Assembly: GCA_951406725.2 (NCBI GenBank)
Contig: OX597817.1
Coordinates: 38,254,001-38,318,000, forward strand
Length of the DNA: 64,000 nucleotides
Direction of reading: 5' to 3'
DNA from: Octopus vulgaris
Taxonomy: Eukaryota
In this document: positions 37,226 to 51,521 of the stretch, piece by piece
Layout of the letters: every line of letters begins with the position of its first letter
Numbering within the stretch: the stretch's first letter is position 1
Notes under the pieces: model-generated
Databases searched by the model: none
The model's input: only the letters and a program-made list of their open reading frames with translations
Told to the model about the DNA's origin: nothing
Translations under genes and position numbers: made by a program

Positions 37226-37301
37226 GCTTTACAGCTGTTTCTGGGATATCCTAAGTGATAGGCTAGCATGTCGTTACACTAGATATTCCGTCATAGGAGA
37301 C
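37226..37301 (-). ncRNA. Degenerate HHR, family G (left arm)
   Basis: CCUAUGA-C-GGAAUAUC...GAUAUCCC-A-GAAAC AGCU GUA. Confidence 0.55.
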
Positions 37302-39170
37302 AAGGTGAATATGTATGAAAGATCTAGACAGAGAAATTCACAGTTTATAAGGAATAAAATTGATAAAGGGTAAAACAGTAGATAGAATACAGACAGGAGA
37401 ATAAAGTTCACAGTTCATTTTTCAGAGGGTATGGGTCCTTACTTCTGTGAAGGTATATGCCTTTAGGTATAATCCCAGGTAAATCCAGGCAGTATTTTGG
37501 TAGTATGTTGCGTTCATGTTAAAGGAATAGAATTGTGTAGCTAGTATGAAAATGGTCCACATGGGTAAATAGAGTGAGAAAGACAGATATCATGATAGAC
37601 AGATATGGGTTGCGAGTGAGTGAACAGAAGAGAGATGAGAAATAGAGAAAAGAAAGGAATGGGACGGGTGTAGGAAAGAATGAATGAGAACGAAAGCAAA
37701 ATAAAATCAAAAAATGAAAATAATGATAAAGATAAGATGCTAGTATTACTCTTCGTAAGGATCGGTTCGGGGTGTGAGGTCTGGCATTAAGGTTTTGGTA
37801 AAGTGGAAGAGGAAGGCGTTTATTTGGTGCGGTCAGAAAGAAAATTTAGTTCAGTGGCCAGTAGGGATAGCTAAAAATAGATGCCTAGCTTAAGGGGGTA
37901 TATAAAGGATAAAAATACAATTAAATGTATGAAGGATAAGAATTAAAGAATTAAAAATTAAAATGGTTACAAACTAAAAATTAAAATTAATTGCCATGTA
38001 GAGAACGCTTCGTGTTGTTTATTGAGTAATTGTGGTAATTTATATGAATTAATATTTGGAGGCTTCTCTCAGTCAGAGTCCACACGTGGAGCGTTGGCTT
38101 TGGTATAGAACACCAGAATCTATTATGACCCAGGATATCCTATATGGTATTTTCTTATTTATCAGATGGTGTCTGTAGTTGGCTAGGGACGTGGATTTGT
38201 TATGCTCCTGATATTTAAATGAGTTTACGTGTGCAAGTAAAATCAGCACATATAACACTTGCTTATATGCATCACGATCGTTACCATATACGTGTGTTTT
38301 TTTCCTTTTCTTCTCTGTTAACATAAGTATCTTAGAAGCTAGTTAGCTGCAATACTCTTTTTTAATTCTTTTAATTTTTAATTTAATCTTTTAGTCTATA
38401 ACCTTTTTAATTCTTTAATTCTTATTCTTTATACATTTAATTGTATTTTTATCCTATATGTACTCCCTTAAGCTAGACATCTATTTTTAGCTATCCCTAC
38501 TGGCCACTGAACTAAATTTTCTTTCTGACCACACCAAACCTAGAATTCATCTATTTAATTAATAGACATAAACGCCTTCCTCCTCCACTTTTCCAAAACC
38601 TTAATGCCAGACCTCACACCCCGAACCGATCCTTGCGAAAAGTAATACTAGCATCTTATCTTTATTATTATTTTCATTTTTTGATTTTATTTTGCTTTCG
38701 CTCTCATTCATTCCTTCCTACACCCGTCCCATTCCTTTCTTTTCTCTATTTCTCATCTCTCTTCTATTCACTCACTCGCAACCCATATCTTTCTATCATG
38801 ATGTCTGTCTTTCTCACTCTATATATCCACGTGGACCATTTTCATATTAGCTATGCACTTAATTCTATTCCTTCAACATGAACGCAATATTCAACATAAA
38901 CTTAGATATGTTTCGACCAAAGATTGATCCAGGCCATGTCTAACTTAATAGCACAACCTGCCAAAATACTGCCTAGATTTACCTGGGATTATACCTAAAG
39001 GCCTATACCTTCACGGAAGTACAGACCAACATCCATACCCTCTAAAAAAGATGAACTGTGAACTTTATTATCCTGTCTGTGTTCTATATACTGTTTTACT
39101 CTTTATCTACTATTTTATTCCTTGTATACTGTGAATTTCCTTCTCTAGATCTTTCACACATACTCACTTT

Positions 39171-39234
39171 GTCTCTGATGACGGAATACCCAGTGTACGG
39201 ACATGCTAGGATATCCCAGAAACAGCTATAAGAC
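39171..39234 (+). ncRNA. Hammerhead ribozyme, family G (right arm)
   Basis: GUCU-CUGAUGA-C-GGAAUA...UAUCCC-A-GAAAC AGCU AUA-AGAC, with a perfect stem I. Confidence 0.75.
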
Positions 39235-39474
39235 TTCAAATTCACCTTATCCTAATTAAATATTCTAAATTACTTGAGATACCTGTCCTGCCTTGATTTT
39301 TGTTACCTTTTTTCCTCAAGTATAATATATACCAGCTAACGTGGAAGCTTAATACAGATCCCTAGCTCCAGCCTCAGCTGTAAACTTGGGACCTAACCTA
39401 TGACCAGTTATAGCACTTATTCAGCGTACATATCCGTTTAGATTACCAGTGAACTAAACCGCTCATATTCTTTA

Positions 39475-39569
<95 letters not shown>

Positions 39570-39780
39570 CGAGAAGCTTTATAAAAATAAACAAAAGACG
39601 AAGGCAGGTGGAATACAAACAAACAATTGTATTAGTATGGCGCTCAGGAATATAAATAAAACAAGTCTTTTACGTTTCGAGCCTACGCTCTTCAACAGAA
39701 AAATACACGGAAAAGAAACACGGAGAGAAACAAGGAGAGAAAAAATTGCGTGCAGAGGCTAGCGAATCAACATGGCGATA
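39570..39780 (-). mobile_element. Short repeat with HHR-like motif, family C (39666-39702)
   Basis: UUUU-CUGUUGA-A-GAGC GUAG GCUC-GAAAC GUA-AAAG. Confidence 0.6.
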
Positions 39781-40530
39781 AACATTACCGATGTCACATA
39801 CTATATGTGTTTTGCTTATGTCCTTATCAACTGTGGGAAAGCGTCAGAGAGAAAAGTCCCTTTAAGGCGCCGAGTGTTAAAAGACACTGAATACCTGAAG
39901 CCAGGTGAAACAGCTCGCCTCGTAAGATGATCAAGAACAATAAATATCGATATTCCGCTGTATTGGTAACTAGACGATATCGTGCACCCGAGTTACCTCG
40001 GAGCGAACTATAATTGTAGGTCTGAGATATATATGCAAATAGTGTAGAGTTTATTTGCTGATGTGTGCAGCGCCGCACAGGCAAAACAAAATTTAATTTT
40101 GAACAATAAGGTGTTCTAATAATGCAGACATTATCGATGTCACATACATATTGTATGTGTTTTGCTTATGCGCTCATTGGCTGCGGAATAGCGACTACGT
40201 GATACTGAAGAGCTGCAAATAGAGCGAAATATCGATATCCATTGTTCTCGGTCACTCACGGGACGAGTCGTTTCGCCTAGTTTGAAATATTTAGTGTTGC
40301 TTTTTTTATATTCGGTGCCTTGAAGGTATTTGGCCTCTACCGCTAACCCATAGCTAATGAGGGTATAAACAAAATACAGGCAGTAAGTATGTAACATTGA
40401 CATCATTAGAGCTGCTTCTAATTCAAGATCTTTTAGCTGGAAGACATCAAATTCTTTATAAAGTAAAGCATTTGAGTCTAAGGAGACTAGAATGGTCTGC
40501 GTTAGCAAATGATTAATAGACTTCTTTTGC

Positions 40531-40900
40531 ACACAGCGTAGCTGTGTGGTAAGAAGCTTGCTTCCCAACCACAGGGTACCGGGTTCAGTCCCACTGCGTA
40601 GCACCTTGGGTAAGTATAGTCTACTATAGCTTCGGGCCAACCAAAGAAGCCCGTCGTGCGTGTGCGAGTGTATGTGTGTGCGCGCGCGCGCGTCTGTGTT
40701 TTCCCATCATCACCGGTTAACAACAGGTGTTGGTATTTACATCCCCATAACTTAGCAGTTCGGCTAAGTGACTGATAGAATAAGTACTACGCTGAAAAAA
40801 ACAAGTCCTAGTGTCGATTTGTTCAACTAAAAATCTCTTCAAGTCGGTGCTCCAGCATGGCTGCAGTCAAATGACTGAAACAAGTGAAAGGGTGAAAAAA
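40531..40900 (+). mobile_element. SINE family 1, diverged with internal deletion
   Basis: A and B boxes and the tail are present. Confidence 0.8.
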
Positions 40901-40904
40901 GTAA

Positions 40905-40944
<40 letters not shown>

Positions 40945-41614
40945 CTGAACACTTTCAGATTGCCTACCTTGCAGATGGACACAGGCTTGCTGATGTGGTC
41001 ACAAAACTGTCTGTTACGTAGATTCGAGTTCAAATCCAGAAACTGCACGGTTACTCCGTTGCTGTTCTTCTAGTGATTTAGTATTGAAAAAGAAAAACAA
41101 AAAGATAATTATAAACAAATAAGTATTTATTCAGAAATAATTTGATCTTTTAGCTGGAAGACATCATATTCTTTATAAAGTAAAACATTTAAGTCTAAGG
41201 AGACTAGTAATGGTCTGCGTTAACAAATGGTTAATAGACCTCTTTTGCTCGCGGCAAAATAATTTATTCTACTCTAGCAATTTTTGTTTTAATTCATTCT
41301 ACAAATGATTAGTCAAATGACACAATGATACGTTCTCATTGCATTCATAAAATGAGATAATTTTAAAGTATTTTTGTTTTGACGATAATCAATTAAAAAT
41401 TGAATATCTGCAATCATATCTATAATGATTATGAATTATTAATGGTTCTGATGGCAATGAAGATTACTAAGACGGTCATGTGTTGAACTCAATACATTGC
41501 AGCATTTAGTTTTCATTTTTCTTTCCCTCTCCTTCGATCTCTCTCTCTCTCTCTTTTTTTTTTTTTGCTCCCCACCCTCTTTCTGTTCCGAGTCAAAAAC
41601 CCATATACATTCAG

Positions 41615-41666
<52 letters not shown>

Positions 41667-41715
41667 GCACTCACAACCAGACGGAGAGACAACCGGTCAG
41701 ACAGGCTGACTGACT

Positions 41716-41790
<75 letters not shown>

Positions 41791-41949
41791 GATAGAAATA
41801 ACAGTAAAAGACGTGTACGACAATCAATAGAAAGGACAAAAACAGACACGGATAAATCCATTTCAACAGTTAAGATTATATCCAGAGTTATTATGATTTC
41901 AGCATCCCTCCTCTGGAAATCAAGTAAATCAACTGAAAAGACAGAGAAC

Positions 41950-42055
<106 letters not shown>

Positions 42056-42098
42056 TTATGTATGCATGTATGTATATAATGTATGTATGCATACATGC

Positions 42099-42150
<52 letters not shown>

Positions 42151-42266
42151 ATACGACAGGCTTTTACACAGTTTGTGTCAATCAAAGTACATTCATGAAG
42201 TATCAATCCGAGGTCATAGTAAATGGTACTTTCTCCGAGTACTATGCATTAGCATAGAACAAACAT

Positions 42267-42319
42267 GACAACTCTTTTCAAGAACCATGCCGCATGAGAC
42301 ATGGTTCATCATCAGGCAG
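42267..42319 (-). ncRNA. Degenerate hammerhead-like motif
   Basis: CUGAUGA-U-GAACCAUGUC ucaugc GGCAUGGUUC-UU-GAAAAGAGUUGUC: 10-bp stem II, poor stems I and III. Confidence 0.4.
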
Positions 42320-44788
42320 ACTGCATTGCTAAAAAATATTCAAATTTATTTTACGTTAGGCGTGTCGTTCAGAAAGTGTACAGGCTGCAATTTACCCATG
42401 GTTTTAAGTACATACATACACTGTGCTTAATATGTGAATAATCTTAATTCAACGTCAGTTCTTTAAAGAGTATCATCGAAATGTCTTCTAAAATATTTGA
42501 CAGCATAATTAATACGGATATTTAGCTTATATTAGCGGTATCCGTGAACATTTTACGGAATTAATGGAAAACCTATTGGGTTATTTCTGAAAACTTTATC
42601 CAAAAATCTGAAAGCGTAACCTGTGTTGTGTTTGTATGGAAAGATAGTCGCTCATCTGCTACTCATTAAAAAATGAAAGAAATTGGAATAAAATGATTAC
42701 TTAATGTACTTTATACATACATTTTATATACTTTATACACAATTTTATAGACTTAATACACAGCACTCATAAAATAAATAATCACTCTTATTTTTCCATT
42801 TTTCCCATAAACAAAAACTATCCCGTACATATGATACTACCTTCAGTTACATTGCATATATCTGCCACATAAATAAGCTTGAATATTTCACAGAATTGCA
42901 CTTATCCACATGCGTTAAGTGATAGGTGATATAAAAAAGAACTTAGTTCAATTCTAAAAAATACACTTTTCACTATCCAATCACCACCACCACTACCTCC
43001 ACCTCCACCACCACCACCAATATCATATCTCTCCCCTCCCCCCTCGCTCTCTCCTTCTCCCCTCTCCATCTGCCTTTCTTTAACCTAACCATCAGAACAT
43101 CACCCCTCTGCTAAAATTCTTACGTTCCACCTACCTCATATCATGGACGCTTCTCTCCCTCTCTCTCTCTGTCTTTTCCTCTCTCTCTCTGTCTTTTCCT
43201 CTCTCTCTCTCTGTCTTTCTCTCTGACTTTTTCTCTCGCTCTATCTTTCTTTCTCCATCTTTCAGTCTCACTCTTCGCCTTATTTTCTTTTTCTCTTTCC
43301 TCCTTTTTCTTTCTCCTCTCTTTCCCTTCAACTAATCACATGAAAGCGTTACAATTACATTTCCTCTACCTCATGTCATGAACGCTTCTCTCTCCCTCTT
43401 TTTCTCCCTCCCTTTTTCTCTCTCCCTCTTTTTCTCTCTCTTTTCTTTCTCCCACTCTTTCTCTAATCACGCGAAAGCGTTACCGACGGGCTAAGTAACA
43501 CAATGACAAGCAGAATTATCATAAGATTTACAGAGAGCCTCCTTGAAGGGTACGGGTTATGTAGTTTAGAAATTTGATGTTTAGCGTTCGATTCTACCAC
43601 TCAACACTATTTTCAAGTGTTTTCCCTTCTGACTTCGGGCTTCCCCAAAACTTGTTAGTGACTGTGTTAAATGCAAGCTGAGTGTATGTGTGTGTTTCTT
43701 TCGTCGATGTTTATAGGTGAGAAAACAAAAAAGGTACTTTACTAGTGATATTTGTTTTCCTCTGAATTACAAAGATTTCCTTGTCAATCAAGTCGTCAGA
43801 AAGTGAACAAATCATTTGTTTGTTGGAAAATTGTAATCGACGACTCCATTGTACACCAGTTGCGATATAAAACATGATAAACAAAGTCAAAGGATTACCA
43901 TACACTGTGTTTTAACAGTTTGATATATATTTTCTAGTATTTTGTCTGATTTCTAACATTAATTGTGAAAATATTAATGTCAATGGCTAAATGAAAATCT
44001 GCACAATTCTTGTAGCATAAAGGTAGAATATTTATATCTACACATACGAGACAATCCTAGCCTGTTTCTTCCTAAGAAATTGAAAGTCAGGATGTATACA
44101 GTCAAAACAAACATCGCAAACCCTTATTTTCCCTGCGGTCTAATGATTCGGCTAGCTCGTCGAACTATTGTTCCACATTAATAATATCAAGCAATATATG
44201 TACTATAAGACATTAGCGATCACATTTAGGTGAGTATTTCAGAATATTTCAGTCTGCCGAAGCAAAGAGGACTTGCTTTCATTAAGAAAAATGGTATTTT
44301 CAAGAAATTTACGTGCTGAGCAGTGTAGTTCACCTACAATATATTTTTGTTTTATTATTTTTATTATTTTATTATATTTTTGTTTTATTTATTATCATAG
44401 GAAATAAACTCTGTGAAGACATGGTCAGATTTCCTGTCTTTATATCAACAGCTGCTGAAAATGCCGTGCTAGATATTTCTACAACAACTTGAACTAAAAT
44501 AATACATTACACAGTGCTGGGCACATGACTGTTGTTCAATATCCGATTCTACAAAGTTCCTCGTATTCACACTTACCATGCAATTTACTTCATATCTTCT
44601 ACTTGCCATTGTCTCAACATCACGCTGTCTTTTGATATTAGCAGTACTGCTCTCTTTCAACTCTGTCTTCTTCCCATTGTTCTAATTCTAATACCTTTCC
44701 TTTTATCCTTGTATTAAAAAAAAAACTTTGTCGTTCTTGCTTTCATCTTTCGTTCACCAAATTAATTTTCAATTTCTATGATAGTCTT

Positions 44789-45180
44789 CAAGACAGCGAG
44801 CAGGCAGAATCGTTAGCACGCCGGGCAAAATACTTAGCGGCATTTGGTCCGTCTTTACGTTCTGAGTTCATATTCTGACATGGTTGACTTTACCTTTCAC
44901 TTACCCAGTTCCCCAAAATTGCTGGCCTTGTGCCAAAATTTGAAGCCAATATTATGATAATCTTTAAGACGGCGAGCTTGCAAAATCGTTAGAAAGTCGA
45001 AAACAATGCCAAACGGCATTTCTTCTGGCTTTACGTTCTGAGTTCAAATCTTGCCGAGTTCAGCTTTGCCATTCATCCTTTCAGGATTGATAAATAAGAA
45101 TCAATCAAGTATTGTAGGTTGATGTAATCGACTTAGTCCTTCCCATAAAAATTGCTGGCGTTGTGCCATAACTAGAAAAG
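44789..45180 (+). mobile_element. Two tandem SINE family 2 copies with an alternative tail
   Basis: Heads at ~44789 and ~44968; tails AAAATTGCTGG(C)CTTGTGCCA. Confidence 0.75.
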
Positions 45181-45319
45181 ATATTATGACAGCCTTTTGA
45201 CATGATTGCTACCAAAGCTTCTTTCTTGGATGCTATATCAACAACACTATAGCCACCGAAACAACTTATCATCTTATCAGCAACATATTCTTCAACTTTG
45301 TATTATCATGAAGATCGCT

Positions 45320-45449
45320 TTGAAACACGTAGTCTTGTGTTCAGTCCCACAACGCGGCAGTTCGGGCTATCAGGCAAGTGCCTTCTACTACAGTCCCAGC
45401 CGACCAATGATTTTAAATAAATTTAAAAGATGGAAACGGAGTCATGTAT

Positions 45450-45521
<72 letters not shown>

Positions 45522-45741
45522 ACTCGCGCGTGTATGATTATGCTTGTGTTTATCCCGATTCCACCGCTTGACAACCGGTGATGTTTTGTTTACGTTCTTG
45601 TAAACTAGCGATTCGGCCAAAACGACCAATGAAATAAGCAATAGACTTGAAAATAAGTACCAGTGTGGGTTTGTTCAATTAAATCTTTCATGGCGATGTC
45701 CCAGCTTAGGTGTAACCTAATGACTGAAACAAGTAAAAGAT
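45320..45741 (+). mobile_element. SINE family 1, old copy
   Basis: GTTCAGTCCCAC, internal (TG)n, tail ATGACTGAAACAAGTAAAAGA. Confidence 0.7.
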
Positions 45742-45764
45742 AGTCTGATTGACATGCTCTACAG

Positions 45765-46267
45765 CAGGGTGGGGAAACTTTTTAGTGCAGCGGGCAAAAA
45801 TTTCCAAAGAAAAAGGTCCGTAAACGGATCACAGGCTCTTATATCTGTAAATCTCGTATATATCTATGTATAATTCGAGACACAGTAATAAAGATAAGTT
45901 TAAAACATTAAATTAACGCGTAACATCTTCATTAACACCGTTACTGAATTTAGGACGTTTATACTACTTATGAGGTATTCTATATTTTTCAGCTAGAGTG
46001 TAGTTGGGTCTCAAGGGGGTGGTACAAACCTAGCAATATGTGTTTTATAGTGAAAACAAAATGTCCATTCAAGTGGCATTTACCGGACAATTTCTATTTG
46101 AGTCTAACCGTTTTAAGCCGTGATGGAAACGTGACCTATGTCGCAAATAGGCATACGAATATTGTATAAATTTTATAATTGAAAAATTTACTATATTTTT
46201 ACATACAAATATACCAGCCTGCGGGCGCAATAGGATGGGCTCGAGGGCGGGGCTTTCCCCACCCCTG
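45765..46267. mobile_element. Non-autonomous hAT (Charlie-like) DNA transposon
   Basis: TIRs CAGGGTGGGGAAA / TTTCCCCACCCCTG; perfect 8-bp TSD CTCTACAG at 45757-45764 and 46268-46275. Confidence 0.9.
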
Positions 46268-46522
46268 CTCTACAGCCAACCACTTCCGCTGGGTTCTCAC
46301 ATTTCGACCAAAGACGACAGAAACCACCAGTCATGGCAATGGATCCAGTTTATGGTACTAATTACGAGCGAGATGTGATGACAGCTGGTGTGCCGTGTGT
46401 AACAGTATATTTCACGTTAAGCGCATCATGCATAGGATATCCATCCCCCCAGCAGGTGGACAACTTCCACGGTGACGAGGGATTCCAATCGGGTATTTGT
46501 GTGTGTGTATGTGTGCGCGCGT

Positions 46523-46583
<61 letters not shown>

Positions 46584-47571
46584 TGTATGTGTAGTAATCC
46601 TTATCATGACTTTACACAGGTATACTCTTGGACACAAACTATCTTTAATGGTTGGTTTACACAAAGCAATTACATGCACAGAAATATACACTCGCACGCA
46701 CGCACACACGCACACACACACACACATAAACACATGCACACAGACCATATATAAACAAGCATAACAGACTATACCACATTTCTTCGTACATATAAGTATT
46801 GCATCACAAGGCACATATCGTATATCTAGTTGTGGACATCAAGCAATGAAAACCTTCACAATCGCTTGAAATACTACACTTCACAATCTCTGATGTTTAC
46901 CAAACCACCCTAAGTATATAGCAATATAAGCTAAATCTGCATTCCAAACGCTAGCCTTCTTGTCCACGGTTACTAAATATTTAACCAATGATCAGTTGTT
47001 GACCCTTTGTACAAATCAAGAAAAAACAACAGAATACTGCTCCCACATTTCTGCAGGTGCTGCTGCTATTACTGTTGCTGCGGGTGTTGCATAAAAAAAG
47101 CATCCTAGAACACAAATACTTATTCATGAATACATCTACAATCTCTCTCTTTCTATCTATTCTACAGCTACTACAACGGCCGATACTCATCTGAACTAGT
47201 TACCTACAATTGACTTTCTGTGTCAAACTCTCGTACCCAGTACTGTCACTGATACAGCTAATGCTGATACTGCTGCTGCCGTTGCTGTTTGGTCCCATAG
47301 TCGACCTTAATCAAGCAAGTCCATTATCATCATCTGGTCTTTTATTCATTTTTTTTTAAATTTTAGACTATATTACCCATTAAGTAGGCAGCCAATCAAC
47401 AGGGTCGTTAGAGCGTCGATTAGATAGCTTTGCGGTAATTATTCCATTCCTCTGAATTTAAATCTTGCCGTGGTCAACTTTGCTTTCATCCCTCCAAGGT
47501 TGGCAAATAAAGCGTCAGTCGTATACTAGGGTACATTCTTCTAATTCACTCTCTCTTTCTCTCTCTCCCTA

Positions 47572-47629
<58 letters not shown>

Positions 47630-47776
47630 GGGAGTAAATCCAAACTTCAGGGAAAAATTAGATTCAGGATTAAATCTAATTTTGTAGTATAAATATATAT
47701 ATATATATATTATAATATTATATTGATTTGCCTAATAGTGGTTTTATCTCTAATTTAATATAATATTATATATATA

Positions 47777-47947
47777 GGCGCAGGAGTGGCTGTGTGGTAA
47801 GTAGCTTGCTAACCAACCGCATGGTTCCGGGTTCAGTCCCACTGCGTGGCATCTTGGGCAAGTGTCTTCTGCTATAGCCCCGGGCCGACCAATGCCTTGT
47901 GAGTGGATTTGGTCGACGGAAACTGAAAGAAGCCCGTCGTATACATG

Positions 47948-47982
<35 letters not shown>

Positions 47983-48203
47983 TTGTGTGTCTGTGTTTGT
48001 CCCCCTAGCATTGCTTGACAACCGATGCTGGTGTATTTACGTCCCCGTCACTTAGCGGTTCGGCAAAAAGAGACCGATAGAATAAGTACTGGGCTTACAA
48101 AGAATAAGTCCCGGGGTCGATTTGCTCGACTAAAGGCGGTGCTCCAGCATGGCCGCAGTCAAATGACTGAAACAAGTAAAAGAGTAAAAGAGAAGAGTAA
48201 AGA

Positions 48204-48204
<1 letters not shown>
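47777..48204 (+). mobile_element. SINE family 1, full-length reference copy
   Basis: A box TGGCTGTGTGG, B box GGTTCAGTCCC, CORE-like CTTGGGCAAGTG, internal (TA)n(TG)n, (AAGAGT)n tail. A 3'-truncated copy follows at 48250-48505. Confidence 0.9.
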
Positions 48205-48251
<47 letters not shown>

Positions 48252-48539
48252 TGTGGTAAGAAGCTTACTTCCTAACCACATGGTTTCGGGTTCAGTACCA
48301 CTCCATGGCATCTTGGGCAAGTGTCTTCTATAGCTTCGGGCAGCCGACCAAAGCCTTGTCAGCGGATTTGTTAGACGGAAACTGAAAGAGGACCGTCGTA
48401 TATACGTGCGTATGTATGTGTGTGAGTGTGCGTATGTGTGTGTGTGTCTTTTTGTACCCCTACCATCGCTTGACAACTGATGTTGGTGTGTTGACGTCCC
48501 TGTAAATAATTTCATCCTCAAATTTACAATTTATCCTAA

Positions 48540-49400
48540 AGCTAGTACACATGTATCATAATTACGTTATTTTGCGACCTAAACATAGCAATAACGAATA
48601 CACCAACAAATGGCAAGATATATACAGGTATTGTGAAAATCCTCATAGATATAGATCTCTTCTTAGCTCAACCTTTACACTTTCAATAACAAAAGACGCT
48701 TTAAAATAAGAAAACCCAAATAATTAAACAAACATTAATCAATACTGTATAATGGAACATGTTTGCAGATCAATCTATTGAATTATAAAAATAAATTCAT
48801 CACCAACGGTATTATGGATACAAACCCAGAAAATGCACAGAAACCGTATATATGGTAGAGTACACGAACCAAATGTACCCTAACTGTGGACGTGATAAAT
48901 ACCTCTTTAAACTATCATTCAAGAAAGCACAGCACCAAACAACAATCTAACATAATATTCTACAAATGCATCAGAATAAAAAGGCCTATCATCAACATCA
49001 AACCAGAAAATGTACCTTGAAATGTAACCCAAACCAGTAATTTAAAATGCAAATTTTAGTGTAAATATGATAGTTGTAAACTTCAAGACTCAAATTGCTT
49101 CACCAGACACAGGAGCATTTTTTCTCATTAGTTAATAACGCGTTTACAAGTAATTTCTGAACGTTACAATACAGAACACGAAATAACACTAGGTAAAAAG
49201 ACATAGGCTGATAAAATATATACCATCTGATGTAAAATTCTACCAGAAAATGATAAATAAGCTATGTACGCTTTATTAGCAGTAAAATACTAGCGTAAAA
49301 TCTATGTATAAATTGAGCACCCTAATTTTAAACTAAAAACAGTTACTGGTTGCTGAAAGTATTAAAATCAAGGGTTCAGCATTTTTTATTAGTTATAGCA
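48540..49400 (+). mobile_element. Possible highly degraded Penelope-like RT C-terminus and endonuclease remnant
   Basis: FCDLNIAI....NGKIYTGIVK resembles the PLE FLD..I...G.I.T..Y.K motif; the rest is fragmentary. Confidence 0.35.
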
Positions 49401-50599
49401 TCATCTCTATGATCCTTATTGTCTACAACAAAATGCAGAAATAACAAGTCACTTCATTGAGAGGGTGAGACCGTAAAGATTTTGCAACGTTAATGGACTT
49501 AAGTAACCTTATTGTTTCAATCTAAATATAAAGAATTATTAAAGAAAAATGAAAAATTATTAACAAACTGAAAGAACAGAAATACATCTATGTTTTTAAC
49601 ACAGTGATTCCCAAACGTTTGCGGACTTCCTCCATCCCTTTGTAGCCGTACTCTCACATCACCACAAAAATAGATTTCTTTCTACTGCAAATACAAAACA
49701 ACTGTATTTAACAAATAAAACTTATCCTGATAAACTCATCACTTTGTTGTTTTTACAATATGAAAGATTAAATTTACATCCCACCTGTAACTACGTTGTT
49801 TTCGTATTTTTAATGCGACAGCTGAACATTGAGCAGCGATACCAGCTTTTCAAAATCTGGCTGAAAGGTACTGAGAAGTAGTCCCAGATTTCCACGTTCA
49901 ATAATTTTCATTTTGTCTCTTTGCTTAAAAAGAACCTGGCCAACTGTACTGAGACCCCACTCTACAAAATATTATGTTAGGAAGGCAATAAAGTACATCT
50001 TGACTTTGTTCCACACTGCAAGGTAGCAACCAGAAATGTCCTTTTACAATCAAATATCTAGACATGGTTTTCTGAACTTCAGCCACAGCTCAATGTGCAA
50101 CCAGTTCTATTCTCAGTTAAATATCATTTTATAGTGAAACCAGTTCCTCCTCATTACTGATATCTAGAAATCACCTATTTGGCTACCCTGTTATCGCTCC
50201 ATTTTTCTTCAACGCCGCCCTGTTTCGTAGGCCCACTAGTTTCGTAGACCCTATAAAGGTCCATGCGTACTGCCTTCATTCCTGACTAAATGATAATTTT
50301 AGTAGTCCAATGACTGTAAAAAGTAAAAGAGTAAAATGTGTCTATTTGTTTCTTAAAGAAAAAGAACATAAAGATAAGTGTTTACTTCGTAGATTTCTTA
50401 TGATATTTTCAAAATATATTCAGTATATATTTCAAAGGAAAAACAGGAACGGATTACCAACTGAATGATTGGAAATGTGTAATGCAAAGTACAAGAATGA
50501 AGAGCCTTTCAGAATACTCTACACTTATATATATGAACAACACATATATACACCTACATACTTGAAGGCACACACATATTTTAGTAGAACCCCATGTAC

Positions 50600-51010
50600 G
50601 GATAAGTACTGTACTATATGTAGATTTAGCCCACAAACAAACTGTAAAGCTAGAAATGTAGTCTATAGTATAAGATGTATAGAGGGACGATGCAGTAACA
50701 AGACAACGACATACGTAGGGGAAACGGAGACAACCGGATGATTCGATGTGCATTGTGTATGGAAGAGATTGCAGATCGATTTCAGGACTAAAGAAACATA
50801 TGGCGGTTCACAGGGTTCATCTCCAATAATGTGATCTGATCAATCCAGTGGAAGTTACAATTTCGCCTGTCACCTACATTTTAAACACTGAAAATTTACT
50901 ACGAAACTGAATAGTCATCTGAGAGGTCATAGACGGAATGTCAGAAATGCCAGTGACAACGACGAAGCACAGAGAGATGGCAATCATCTGTGAAGCTAGG
51001 GCAATTACCA
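50600..51010 (+). mobile_element. RTE-like LINE 3' end with two C2H2-like fingers and an (ATGT)n tail
   Basis: RCALC/GRDCRSISGLKKHMAVH (frameshift) ... FACHL...LNSHLRGH, then a short 3'UTR. Confidence 0.6.
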
Positions 51011-51521
51011 TGTATGTATGTATGTATATATGTATTTATGTATGTATGTATGTATGTATGTATGTATGTATGTATGTATGTATGTATGCATGTATGTATG
51101 TATGTATGCATGCATACATGTAAGTATATATGCTTGTGTTTATGTATGCATGTACGTATGTATACGTTGCTATTGCTTCGCCCAAAATCAATCCTATCTG
51201 GGGAAATCAAAAGTTTACCCGCCATGACATTATAGAAGTATCTGGAATTGTATTATCCAGTGCGTCTATTTCTGTCTTAGGTCGTAGGAGGTGATTTGAT
51301 GATGATTTGGCAACCACCTCTTGCAGATCGAGCGACCACAGTGAGGCCCACTCGTTGATACGTCTTGCAGGTTGCTAGTATTTGAGGACGTTGTTATCGA
51401 AATTGCGATGACTTTTGGCTGATAACTGATGAGAGATAAGCATGTCAACGTCTCATGAGTGATTTTTTCATTGCCATCCTTCTGTGAAATTTCTTTTATC
51501 CTTAATGTTTGAATTTATGAG

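Larger units (their letters stand above)
37150..39325 (-). mobile_element. 5'-truncated Penelope-like element with inverted ~850-950-bp terminal repeats
   Basis: Arms 37150-37990 and 38360-39325 are inverted copies. The spacer encodes a GIY-YIG C-terminus: HVNSFKY...KSTSLANY...YRISWVII...Y...CGL*LRE...LLNK. Confidence 0.85.

Noticed and set aside
43131-43483. Two repeats with CT-rich variable spacers
   Set aside because: Local tandem duplication in low-complexity DNA.
49601-49640. hAT-like TIR CAGTGATTCCCAAAC
   Set aside because: No matching second TIR or TSD found.
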